From: Octopus bimaculoides | Lineage: Eukaryota | Reading direction: 5' to 3' | NCBI RefSeq assembly: GCF_001194135.2 | Contig: NC_068993.1 | Coordinates: 9,654,787-9,718,786, forward strand | Length of the DNA stretch: 64,000 nt | Shown here: positions 27,049-39,904 of the stretch, piece after piece | Position numbering within the stretch: position 1 is the stretch's first letter | How the letters are laid out: every line of letters begins with the position of its first letter | Made by a program: the position numbers and the translations under genes | The notes under the pieces: generated by a model | Databases searched by the model: none | Seen by the model: the letters and a program-made list of their open reading frames with translations, nothing else | Told to the model about the DNA's origin: nothing

Positions 27049-30000
27049 CACCTATCACCGCTTGGCAACCGGTGTTGGTGTGTTTACGTCCCCCGTACCT
27101 TAGCAGTTTGGCAAAAGAGACTGATAGAATAAGTACTAAGCTTAAAAAAATAAATTCTGGTGTTGATTTGTTCGACTAAAATCCTTCAAGGGCAATGCTT
27201 CAGTATGGCCACAGTCAAATTACTGAAACATGTAAAAGAATATGCACGCACACACACACCTATGCACACATGCGCATATAGATATGCACGTATTAATTGC
27301 AATCTCTGTTTATAAATATATTTCATTGTAGGAGCAGAAATTGAAACGTGAAGAGGAGATTCAGGCATTGAACGAAGAATTAAATGACCATCGTTCCAAG
27401 GCAGAACAAACTGATATAGAAATGAAGAAGTTTGTTGCTGGGAAGCAGAAAATGATGGAGGAAATTGAGTTAACCAAGAGGAAAAATGCCGAGAAAGAAG
27501 AAAAATACCACGTGAAGAAAAGAACACTTGATTTACTCCCAGATGCTGAAAACAACATAAAAATGTTGAAGGTAGGACTGCTAGAGTTACCTCCCTTGAT
27601 TTATCTTTTCACTTCGTAGTAAATAAATAAATAAATAAATAAATAAAACAAATGAAAACAAGAAAATTGTGGAATGCAGACTATCATATAACTTGTTTTA
27701 TTTTGACACATGCCCATTGCGTGTTCCTACTTTCTGGTTCCTACTCAAAACTGTTTACAGATCACAACCATCTCACGAACCTGCGTTCATGAGGTGAGTT
27801 TTGCACTCCAATGGTTGTGAAAAAAAAAAACATTGCTGTGTCTTAAGGTGTATATTTGTAAACACAGTAGCATAACTAGGATGCGGTTAGGGGTAAGGAG
27901 GCAGTCTGCTCTGAGCAACGCTTTTATTGGGGTGGCAACTGCCGTATAAGCCTACATAGCAGAGGTTTCCAATCTTTTTAATATCCAGGCCAGATCCAAA
28001 ACCTGGATTCTTTTTAGGGAGCCACACCAAAACAAGTAAAACACATGAATTATTGTTTATATTTATAGAGGGAAGACTATCAGGGGCCACCAGAAAGATT
28101 CTCGAGTGTCTCACAATTTTAGGAGCCCCGGTTGAGAGCTGCTGCTGTGTAGACCTGGGGGTTGGGTCAGCAAACTCAGTGGCTACCCCAGGTGGCATAT
28201 ACTCTAGTTACACCACTATCTGGCCACGTTATTGAAACAATTTGCATTTTTCTTATCTGTTTTATATTTTTGTCCCACTTATATACAAAAGACATGTGGC
28301 CTGGTGGTTTGAGTGTTGCACTCCTGATCATAAGATTGTGGTTTCGGTTTCTGGACTGGGTGTTGTGTTGTGTTCTTGTGAAAAACACTCCATTTCATGT
28401 TGCTCCGGCCATCTCAGCTGTAAATGAGTTTTGGAAATATCTAGGAAGTTAACCCTGCAATGACCTGGCGTTTTGTTCATTGGACTATTGTAATCTCAGT
28501 CACTTATACACCATGGAAATCAGGCTAATCTCTGACCTTACAAGTCCTAGGGTTGACAATTGCAAGTCCCACTGGGCCCCTATCAGTTATGATGAGGGTT
28601 CCAGTTTTTTTGTTCAATGTTTGTTGGCCTAAGTCTGCAGTAGATAACACTTACTTAACGTGCCATATATTGAGACAGTATTTTGAGAACATCAGGTTAC
28701 AAAATAAACTCTTCATCCACACAGCCATACCTGCACCTATGTAGTATTTTTTAAAATAACTTTTTTTTCCCAATTATTGAAAATTATTTACGGTGATTGT
28801 AAATTAATTAATTAATTTGTTTATTTTCAAATCCAGTCAGTCGTTGACAACAGTGCTCAAAGATTGGTTAGCTTGGCCACCCAATGGGAGTCACACAGAG
28901 TACCACTTATCGAAGAGTACCGCACACTGAAAGAACTCAGTTCTTTGAGAGAGGTAAGGATGTTTATGTCAGTTATTAGACTGCGGCCATGCTGGGGCAT
29001 TGCTTTTAAGGGTTCTAATCCTTCATATTGGCATGTTTTGCAGTCTGGTACTTATTTAGCTGATCCCTGTTTATCAAATGTCTACATTCTTTTGATGCTC
29101 AGGGATACGACCTGACACTGCTTTACACAAGGATACACATACGTGTGTGTGTGTGTGTGTGTGTGTGTGCATTCCAGAGAAAAATAACTGTGATGAGTTG
29201 CGTCCCTTCCTGACAATTTGTGTGTATGTATATAAATATGAATATGTATATTTATTCTATATGCACCACCACCCCTACACACACATGAAGATAACCTTTG
29301 CAAAATATAATCTCTAGATATTGGTTGACTACTGGATTAAATCATTTGCCAAATAAATACAATCCTGAAATTGGTTGACTTTATATTTTTATGCTAAATT
29401 TTTCAGAATTCTTTGCTGAGAATTTATATAAACTATGCATCTTTTATAAAGCTAATCAATATATTTAATGGTTTATATTAAATGCACATTAGTACTTTCC
29501 TGTGTGTTTCTTGGGTCTGAGTTCAGACCCACCTGGAATCAACTTTGTCTTCAGTTTTGTTTCTCAGTGTTGATAAATTAAATACCAGTAATATACTGGT
29601 CTCTATGCTATTAACTATATCCATCCTCTACATTAGCAATATCATTTTTGCATAGACCAAATGTTATAATTTGGTATAAACATGTGCTAGAGCCATGTAA
29701 AAAGCACCCAGGACATTCTGTAAAGTGGTTGACACTAGAAAGGACATCCATTTGCAGAAACCATGCCAAAGTAGACATTAGAGCCATGTACAGTCTTCTG
29801 GCATGCCAGTATGGGAAAGGGACATTAAATGGTTATGATGGCAGTGATGGTGATAATGTAAGTTAAAAAAGTTTGTAAAAAATGAAAAAATATTATTTTA
29901 TGAATATTTAATTGGTTCTTAAAGATAATTTATTTTGTTGTTGGAAGGTAGGAAGACGAATAATTATTTAAACTAAAACAATGTTTTTCATCACTGCACC

Positions 30001-33000
30001 ATTCTTTCTTTTGATTTGGTAGTTTGAAGCTGAAAAGAAATTAGAAGAAATAAAGACATTCCGAGAAAAGATGAAGGAGATAGCTGCTGAAACCCGGTCA
30101 AAAGATGAACTTTGCAAACAATTGGTGAGAGAACTTCTCATATATAACATGTTTAGATATGTGTGTGTGTAAGAATTCTTATGTAAGAATAATTTTGAGG
30201 ATCTGATCCAAGATTTTGCAATTAAAAAAAGTAGGAGAAAACAAATATAAATAAAGTAGAAATATACAAAAATAAACAGTTTCTTTCCATTTTACTGTTA
30301 GATTTGTTTCATTTTGAAAATTAAAAATTTATTTATTTTATAGTTTATTATTGTTGATATTTTGAATAACATAGATATGAGGGCACCGAAATCTTTTAGG
30401 TGCTTAGGGTCTTTATTATAGGTCTTAACCCTTTCATTACCGACCCGGCTGAAACCAGCTCTGGCTCTGAGTACAAATGTCTTGTTTTCATAAGTTTTGA
30501 ATTAAAATCGTCCACCAAACCTTAGTCACAATTTATGTTCCTAACACTAGCTGAATGATAACTGAGTTATATTTAAAGTAATTGAAAGAAACACAGAGCA
30601 TCTCAAGATAAATACAGTAACGTAAAAGTTAATCTGACTCTGATGGCTATCTACTAGTCTTCCATAAAAAAAAAATCTTGCTCCGGTCTGTGCATGTAAG
30701 TGCAGATAAATGATCAACCTTGATTGATGGAAACCTCAGAATAGTTATTATAATCAAATACTTAAAACTATTATTTCTGTTTTGCTTCTGTACTCAATTA
30801 ATCAGTCAGTGTTTATTCATCTCATGAAGATGTAATGATTGAATCAGTAGCTTAACTCTTTCTAAAACAACCTTTCCATTACCTGTTGCCCTCAGGACTG
30901 CACCTTTACAAGTTTTACTGCTTGCTTATCTAGGACAGTGGCTCTCAACTATTTTTCATCTATGATCCCTTTTGATTCCAATTCTACTCTACTGGATACC
31001 CTCATAGCCATCTGATGTTTAAAATATCCTATTTTTATTATTAACTATAAGGAATTTTATTAAAAGCATGTTAGAATATTTTGTGTATTTTAGAAGTATA
31101 ATCAATTTATTTCACATAATTTTTAACAACAAAATCTTATACAGATCCCCCAAGGGCTATATGGACACCAGTTGAGAACTACTGATCTAGGGTATCAGCT
31201 TACAACTGTGGGCGAACAAAAACACCTATTAACTGTACTATGCTCCTGCTGTTTGTCGTCCTACAATAGTAATCTTCTAAAATTTTACAGCTACTAAAAG
31301 CGTATCTATGAAATTTAGTATTTAAAATACTTTTGAAATTATATTTCAACTATAGACAGAATTCATTGTCAATGATGGGATATAAACTATTGTTGTTTTT
31401 TGTTGGTTGACTGACATGACATGGTATCGACATGGTCAGCCGCAAAACTGCTAATTTTGAAGTAAAAGAAGAAAATTATTGTTGAAGAAATCTTTAGATT
31501 TTTAAATTTTAAGTTTCTACTGACAGTTGTAAATTGGCAAGATTAAATTAATTTAATGACTTTTATTCCCCAAATTAAAGTTTTTATGGTTGGGGTTTTG
31601 GTGTTTAAGAATTTCCTTATAGTGAGTGTTTTTGGTATAAGTTCTCAATGAATGGGTACTTTTGTCTTTTGTCTTTTACTGGCTTCGGTCATTGAACTGT
31701 GGATTGGAAATAACATTACTGTGTGTAGTTTGTCTAATTTGGAATTTCTTCCCTGCCAAAATACCCGAATTTCATTACTTTCTACATCATTGCTCTCAAT
31801 TACTGTAATTTCTGATTGTTTTATTTGGCATGGTTTTGTGTAGGTCAATGAATATGAGAAAATGACAAAAGATGTCAACCGGTCTTCTTACACACGCCGT
31901 ATTATTGAGATTGTCTCAAATATCAAAAAGCAAAATGCTGAAATCGATAAAGTAAGTATTTCAGACTTAATCATTCTTCTTAATCCTCCTCCTCCTCCTC
32001 CTCCTCCTCCTCATCATCATCATCATCATCACCACCACCACCACCACCACCACCATCATCTTTACCACAGCCACCACCATCATCATTACCACAACCCCTG
32101 ACACCACTACCACCACCACCACCACTTAACCACATGACTATATTTTTCCCTATCTATTTCTCCTTCCTTCCTTCCTTTCTTTTCTTTCTTTCTGTCTCAA
32201 TTTGACTCTCTAGCTGTTATTTTGTGTATTTATCTAATTTTTTCCCCTCTTTCTTCCAGGTTCTCATAGATACTAAAGCTTTGCAGAAAGAAATCAACTT
32301 CCTCACTGGTAAACTTGATCGTACCTTCACTGTAACCGATGAACTTGTCTTCAAGGTAAGACCCACATTAGACGTACATGTCTCCATATTATCATCATAT
32401 TCAATATTAATCCATGTGATCCAGAGAAGGAGCTATTATCTGATTGTTTTATCAATACTATGTAGCCACCAAGTGACACATCATTATCATCATCATCATC
32501 ATAACCATCGTCAATAGGGAGATGTTGAAGGAGAGAAAGTGGAGGGGAAGGAGGAGTGTTTTTAAAAATTGTGGATGGGGAAGTTGTGTGGGTATGTACC
32601 TGACAAAAAGCCAAAAGACTTACAGCTTGCATCTGGTCACTGACCCTGAACCTTTTGTCTCCAATCAAAACACTTAAATCTCAGCAACCCTCTTCTTCTG
32701 CTTCATCCCCCTCTTCCTCTGCCCCATCCCCTCTTTTTTTGCTTCATCCCCTCTTCTTCCTCCCAACCATATATTTGGGTCACAAGTTTCTTAACCACAT
32801 GGCCATATCCATGCCTTTTTCCCCAGGAGAAAAAAAAGTGTTTTTATTTGTACTTAAATTTTTAATTAAAATTTTTTTTCTATTTTCGCTAATTGTTCCT
32901 CAATTCTTCTTTACAGGATGCGAAAAAGGACGAGTCAGTGAGAAAATCTTACAAACATTTGGCTGCTTTACATGAGGTAAGTTGATAACAATTAGACAGC

Positions 33001-34289
33001 ATTGTTCATGTAAATCTACTTCCCCTATTTAAACCCTTTCTTTACCTTTTTTTTACATGTTTATGAGTGGTTTCTAGAATTGTGGAAATTCATTAGGCCC
33101 CTTTTGATTTTGCTGAAGGAGAGTCAGATTTGCACCCATTTCCAAGCAAGTTGATGTTCCCCCCCCCCAATGTCCAGACACATTTTTGCAAAATATTTGA
33201 AATGAATGACATTCATTTATAACACTCACACAATGTCAAAACGAGAAGACAACAACATACACACATATATACATTTACATACATTCATACATACACACAC
33301 ACACACACACGACAGGCTTCTTTTAGTTTCCATCTACCAAACCTACTCACAAGGCTTTGATTGGCCCAGGGCTATAATAGAAAACGCTTCTTCAAGGTAC
33401 CGCACAGTAGGACTGAAACCAAAACCATGTGGTTAGAAGTAAACCACTTAAACACACAACCAATCCTGCACCTTATATTTTTATTAATCAATTTGATCTT
33501 GAAAGGATAAAAGGCAAAATGGACCTCAGCAGGATTTGAACCCAGACCACAAAGACTCAGAACAAATACTACCTGGCATTCTATGAGACACTCTAAAGAC
33601 TCTACCAATTTGCTACCATTACTTCTTTTTTCTTTTCTAAAATTACTGATTACTTATCTATTTATCTAATCTCCCAGTCTGTCTCTGTCTGACTGAAAGT
33701 AAATGGTGGTTTACCTTTATCCTGTAAAATATGATGAATGTTATGAATAAATGAAGGTAAAACATTTGAACTTTAATCAAGGATACAAGTTCATTTCTTA
33801 TCCACATTTCTCAAATTTCTTTTTCCTATTTTTATTTGTTTTTGTGTACCTGCTTATATAGATATGTGAGTGTGTGTGTATATTTCACCTTTTTTTTTAT
33901 CAGTCGTTAGACTGTGGCCATGCTGGGGCATCACTTTGAAGAATGTTTAGTTGAATGAATTGGTGATTTTGTGAACAATGGTTAATTGTAGACACTGTAA
34001 GGTGTTGTCTTGAGAAATAGAATAATGACAACATTGATAATGAAACCTTGGAAACATCCTTGACAATGAGGAAACAGAGAGAGAGAGAGAGAGAGATGTT
34101 TATTCATAACCACACTGAGTTTGATGTATATCATCATCATCATCATCGTTTAACGTCCGCTTTCCATGCTAGCATGGGTTGGACGATTTGACTGAGGACT
34201 GGTGAAACCGGATGGCAACACCAGGCTCCAATCTAATTTGGCAGAGTTTCTACAGCTGGATGCCCTTCCCAACGCCAACCACTCAGAGA

Positions 34290-34334
<45 letters not shown>

Positions 34335-34502
34335 ATATANNNNNNNNNNNNNNNNNNNNNNNNNNNNNNNNNNNNNNNNNNNNNNNNNNNNNNNNNNNNN
34401 NNNNNNNNNNNNNNNNNNNNNNNNNNNNNNNNNNNNNNNNNNNNNNNNNNNNNNNNNNNNNNNNNNNNNNNNNNNNNNNNNNNNNNNNNGAAGCTCGTCG
34501 TA

Positions 34503-34533
<31 letters not shown>

Positions 34534-35908
34534 GTATCTGTGTTTGTGTGTCTGTGTTTGTCCCCTCACCATCGCTTGACAACTGATGCTGGTGTGTTTA
34601 CATCCCCGTAACTTAGTGGTTCTGCAAAAAGAGACCGATAGAATAAGTACTAGGCTTACAAAGAATAAGTCCTGGGGTCGATTTGCTCGACTAAAGGCGG
34701 TGCACCAGCATGGCCGCAGTCAAATGACTGAAAAATTAAATAAAAGAATAAATATATATATGTATGTATTAATATGTGTATATTGATTTTGTTTCAGAAT
34801 TGTGAAGCACTAATTACAACCATACAAGATACAGGTGTAATAATGCGAGAAATTCGAGATTTAGAAGACCAAGTAAGTAACTAACGCCTTGCATTTCTTT
34901 TGTGTTGTTTATTTGTTCCAGGTGATAGATATGCTTTAGAATGAATTAGCGGAGATCTTACAGCATTGCTTACAACAGTGCTTCTCAAACTAACTGATGT
35001 GGCGTACTGGCAGTTTTTTCCTTTCCAATGTGCCAGGGACCGGTAATGTTTCTTCATCATCATCATCATCATCATCGTTTAACGTCCGCTTTCCATGCTA
35101 GCATGGGTTGGACGATTTGACTGAGGACTGTTTGACCAGGAGGCGACACCAGGCTCCAATCTGATTTNNNNNNNNNNAGCATGGGTTGGACGATTTGACT
35201 GAGGACTGTTTGACCAGGAGGCGACACCAGGCTCCAATCTGATTTGGCAGAGTTTCTACAGCTGGATGCCCTTCCTAACGCTAACCACTCCAAGAGTGTA
35301 GTGGGTGCTTTTACGTGCCACCGGCACGAGAGCCAGTCAGGCGGAACTGGCGACGGCCACACTCAAAACGGTGTGTTTTACATGCCACCTGCATAGGGGC
35401 CAGCCCATCGGCTCTGGCAGCGATCTTGCTCGAATGTCTTTTCACGTGCCACTGGCACAAGTGCCAGGAAGGCGACGAACGATCTTGCACGAATGTCTTT
35501 TCACGTGCCACTGGCACAAGTGCTAGTTTCTTAGTAATATTAATTTATACTGGAAACAATATATATAATGAATATATTAAAAGTTGACAATTTTTATCTT
35601 GTATTTATTTTGTAAACAAATGATACAATATTACATAAGCATTTTAGAATGTTTCTTTCTTTTCTGGAAACTCTCTGTGTACCGGCAGCTGATGGCTTGT
35701 GGACCGGTACCGGTCCGTGGGCCACCACTTTGAGTAACACTGGCTTACAACTCTGCTGATATGGAGCAGATGAACGGTTACCTCTCTCCACCACCCTCAT
35801 CAAAAAATGATCTAATGATGACAGATAACATACATGCACTCATTCCACAAAGTGATCAGATCAATTCAGTGGAAGTTACAATTTTTGTTTGTCACCTTTG
35901 CTTTAAAC

Positions 35909-35939
<31 letters not shown>

Positions 35940-36171
35940 TCGCCATGATAGATCGCTAGCCACTACACATTCTTTATTTTCTGTTCTTGTTTCTTTCTGT
36001 GTTCCTTTCTGTGGAAGAGCGTAGGCTCAAAACATTAAAGACTTTCTCACGTCCCGAGCGTTATACTAATACATCTGTTTGNNNNNNNNNNNNNNNNNNN
36101 NNNNNNNNNNNATATATATATATATATATATAGCATGGAAAGTGGACGTTAAACGACGACGATGATGATGA

Positions 36172-36212
<41 letters not shown>

Positions 36213-37726
36213 GACACATCTACATATAGTATATTTTGTGTGTACAAATAGATATATGACTGCTACTGTTTAAAATTCCATGTAGATACCATATTCCTGT
36301 CTGCTTCCAGTATAATGGTTAAGTAGCTCCTGTACATTACTAATTATGAAATACGGAGCATATGTAGGAGAAATTAAGATAACACAATTTTATATTATTC
36401 TTCACTGTTATGATTGCTCGGAGCCTTGCATTGGATGTTCTAATTGTGTGTGGGTGCTTAGCCAGAATGGGTCATCAGGGAACACTTTATTGCATTAAGT
36501 TATGGAACTTCTCAGATATCTATATATATATATATATGTGTGTGTGTATACAAGAGGTTACAGAAGAAGAGTCTCTGAAGAGGTTACACACATTTCCATA
36601 CAAATGCAAGTTAACTTGAGAGGATATATTTCTGTAGTTGCTCTTCTTGATCAGTATGGCAGCCAAATATCCTTTGAGAAAAGCTCTATACTTTATTCTT
36701 TTACTAGTTTTAATCATTTAACAGTGACCATACTGGGGGTACCACCTTCAGTGGTATAACCATCTATGTCTGCTCTCCTACTTGAGTGGTCTGATTTACT
36801 TTCATCGTCTTTAGAAGGCCAGAAAGCTGTGTTACCTTTGGTGGAATTTGAACACAGGGCATAAACCACTGTAAGTAAAGTGACGATGTATTATTTTTTT
36901 TGCCTAAGTAGCTCTCAACCGATTCTGCATTCCACCACACTATTGCTGTCTGCAATCCACCACTCCACTGAAAACATGACCTCCATATATGGAAAGCCAA
37001 TTGAATAGATCATCAAATCCATTACTTTGTATTATTGATCAACTTATCTCAGTCAACAACCTATTATCTTGCCTTATCAACAACAACATCATTAGTAATA
37101 TTTAAAGCAATATCATGTTGGTGCGTGGATCTAAAAGGTTACTACCAATTTAATAATTAAAACAATGGCTGTACGAAAAGAAGTTTGCTTCCCAACCAAG
37201 TGGTCTTGGGTTCAGTCCCACTGCGTGGTACCTTGGGCAAGTGTATTCTACTATAGCCTCGGGCCAACCAAAGCTTTGTGAGGGGATTTGGTGGATGTAC
37301 GCTGAAAGAAGCCTATTGTGTGTGTGTGTATATACGTGTGTATGTGTGTGTACATGTATATAAACAAACTTGTGCGTATATTATATACATGTCTATCCGA
37401 ACGTGATCAATGCCAGGCTCACCTGACTAGCTTCTGTGCTGGTGGCATGTAAAAAACACCCACTACACTCTCGGAGTGGTTGGTCTTAGGAAGGGCATCC
37501 AGCTGTAGAAACCTTGCCAGATCAGATTGGAGCCTGGTGCAGCCGCTTGCTCTCCAGACCTCGGTCAAACCATCCAATCCATGCCAGCATGGAAAGCAGA
37601 CGTTAAACAATGATGATGATGATGATATATGTATGTGCATATATGTGTGTGTGTGTGTACATATATATAAACAAACATGCATTCTGCATATGTTATATAC
37701 ATATATATATATATATATATGCATAT

Positions 37727-37783
<57 letters not shown>

Positions 37784-37978
37784 ATATGAAAGAGAACTCT
37801 CTCATATCAGCTCTGATGATGGGATATCTTTTATATCCCTGAAACAGTTGTAAGACTACCTTTCTCTTTATAAAATGTCCTAGAAATTTCACACTGCTTT
37901 GGCTTTACTATTTTACTTGTTTCAGTCATTTGACTGCGGCCATGCTGGAGCACCACTTTGTTGTCTCATTTTTTTAAA

Positions 37979-38010
<32 letters not shown>

Positions 38011-39871
38011 GTATACACAAGCACACACACACACACACACACATGCATTAGTTCATTAGTTACAGTATGATTACTTTTGTATTTTATTTTAAAAGCCAAA
38101 GTAGCAACACTGTTGTTAACTCTTTAATTTGACTACTAAGAGAATTTTGTTAGTATTTGCATAGATGGTATAGATCAGGAATTGGCTAGTACATGACTCA
38201 TTATAGTATATGTGACACATTGAATTGAGCTGGGCTATTGTTAATATCACTTGAACAACTCACTTAATAAGGAAAAAAACAAAAAAAGAATTTATATATA
38301 TATATATTTAATTTTTTCCTAACTTGAGTAATTTTTGAGATATCCGAGCAGATAGTTAAGCAAAGAATTGATCAAGCAAACAAATGTGACAGAAGGAAAA
38401 TAGAAGAGGCACCTAATTTTCTAGTGGTTGGATATGTTGCATCAATGGACAGACAGTTGTAGAACACAATTCCGATTGAATACAGTGAAATTAACACTAA
38501 TGACTGTGGTGTAGATAATAATTTCTTTCAAGCTTGAGCAATTTTCTCATGGCTTTCCAGTGACTTCCTTGTGTGAATAAGATTAATGATAGGTAAATAG
38601 ACAGAATTAGAATACAGTGTTTTCCTGTTAAGGAAGATTGTTTTACGATTTATTTTATAGTCACAATGGTATCGTCTGGGAACCAGTTTCAACTTGGAGT
38701 CTGTTTGTGTCTAGTAAAAGGCACTCATCCATAGAATTTCCTGTTCTACTTATATACCTGTATGTGTTCAATCTTTTGTTAATGATATCCAGGTAATAAT
38801 TGCGGCCATGGCGTTGATTTGATGATAATAATAATGGTGTTGGTAGTGATGTGATTGTTGCTTAGTCTCAGGACTGCCCTGATTTGACAGATTTCTGGTC
38901 ATTCCAGCCATGACCATCTTGCCTTATTCAGGGCTATATTATCCTAGATTCTAATGTCTTCTTAGTCTTAGTTTCTCCTGTCATCTATGGTGCAGCAAAT
39001 AACAGGAGATCTCTATCCAGGATGGTTACAAGCCCTATAATTAATCTGCTTCAAGGTCACTCCTTTGCTAATCTGCCATGCCCTTGCTAACTTATCGGGT
39101 CCTTGCTAATCTGCCAGGCACTTCCTAATCTGTCAGGCTCTTGTTTATCTGCCTGTGCCCCCCCTCCTTTTGCTCCCACTTCAGATAAGGCTCTCACCAG
39201 TCTGTTTGTGGCTGAGCATTTCCTGCCATTTCTTGGTGGTGGTAGGGTATGTTTCGAGGGAAATTTGACTGCTTTTTCTATAGAAGGCCTGGTGGTTCCC
39301 TTGGTGTTTATGAGGATGCTGACGATGATGGTGGTGGTGGTGGTGGTGGCAATCAAGTTAATATGGTGCTACAATGGTAAGCGGTAGATAAAAGTGATGA
39401 TGATGATGATGATAATGGTGGTAGTAATGTTGTTGATGATAATGATGCTGATGTTTTTTATTCGTGTTTTATAGTTCCTTGTTTTATTTATTTATTTATT
39501 TTTTATATACATTAATCATGTCTTTGCTGAAATAAATATTATGATCAGAAGTCTAATTAATTATTCGTTTCTGTCAAATAGATAACATTGTGCTTGCATG
39601 TGTGTATGTGTGCATGTGTGTATGTGTGCATGTGTGTGTGTGTCTGTGCATGTGTGCGTGCGTGCGTGTTTGTCTGTGCACGTGTGTGTGTGTGCGTGTG
39701 TATGTGTGTGTGTGTGTGTGCAGAGGTGGGAAGAGCTTGGTGTTTATCAGACCATCAGTTAATAAAATATACAGAACTGTGTTTGTATTTAAACCAGGAC
39801 ATATCTTTTAATCTTCCTTCTTTTATTCTCATAGTTCTCCTTCCACCGCCACCCCCTTCATCATCATCCCC

Positions 39872-39904
<33 letters not shown>

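Noticed and set aside
27865-28218. Putative MITE with CAGTAGCATAACTAG / CTAGTTACACCACTA ends
   Set aside because: TIR match is partial and no TSD was found; probably an old DNA element but not supportable as a call.
35098-35245. Perfect ~68-bp tandem duplication around a 10-N gap
   Set aside because: Identical sequence on both sides of a tiny gap is a typical unmerged contig overlap.
36563-36648. AAGAAGAG...CUGAAGA-GGUUA...UAACU-UGAGA...CUCUUCUU hammerhead-like arrangement
   Set aside because: GAAA is replaced by GAGA, no valid UH site and stem I is out of register; at best a heavily decayed motif.
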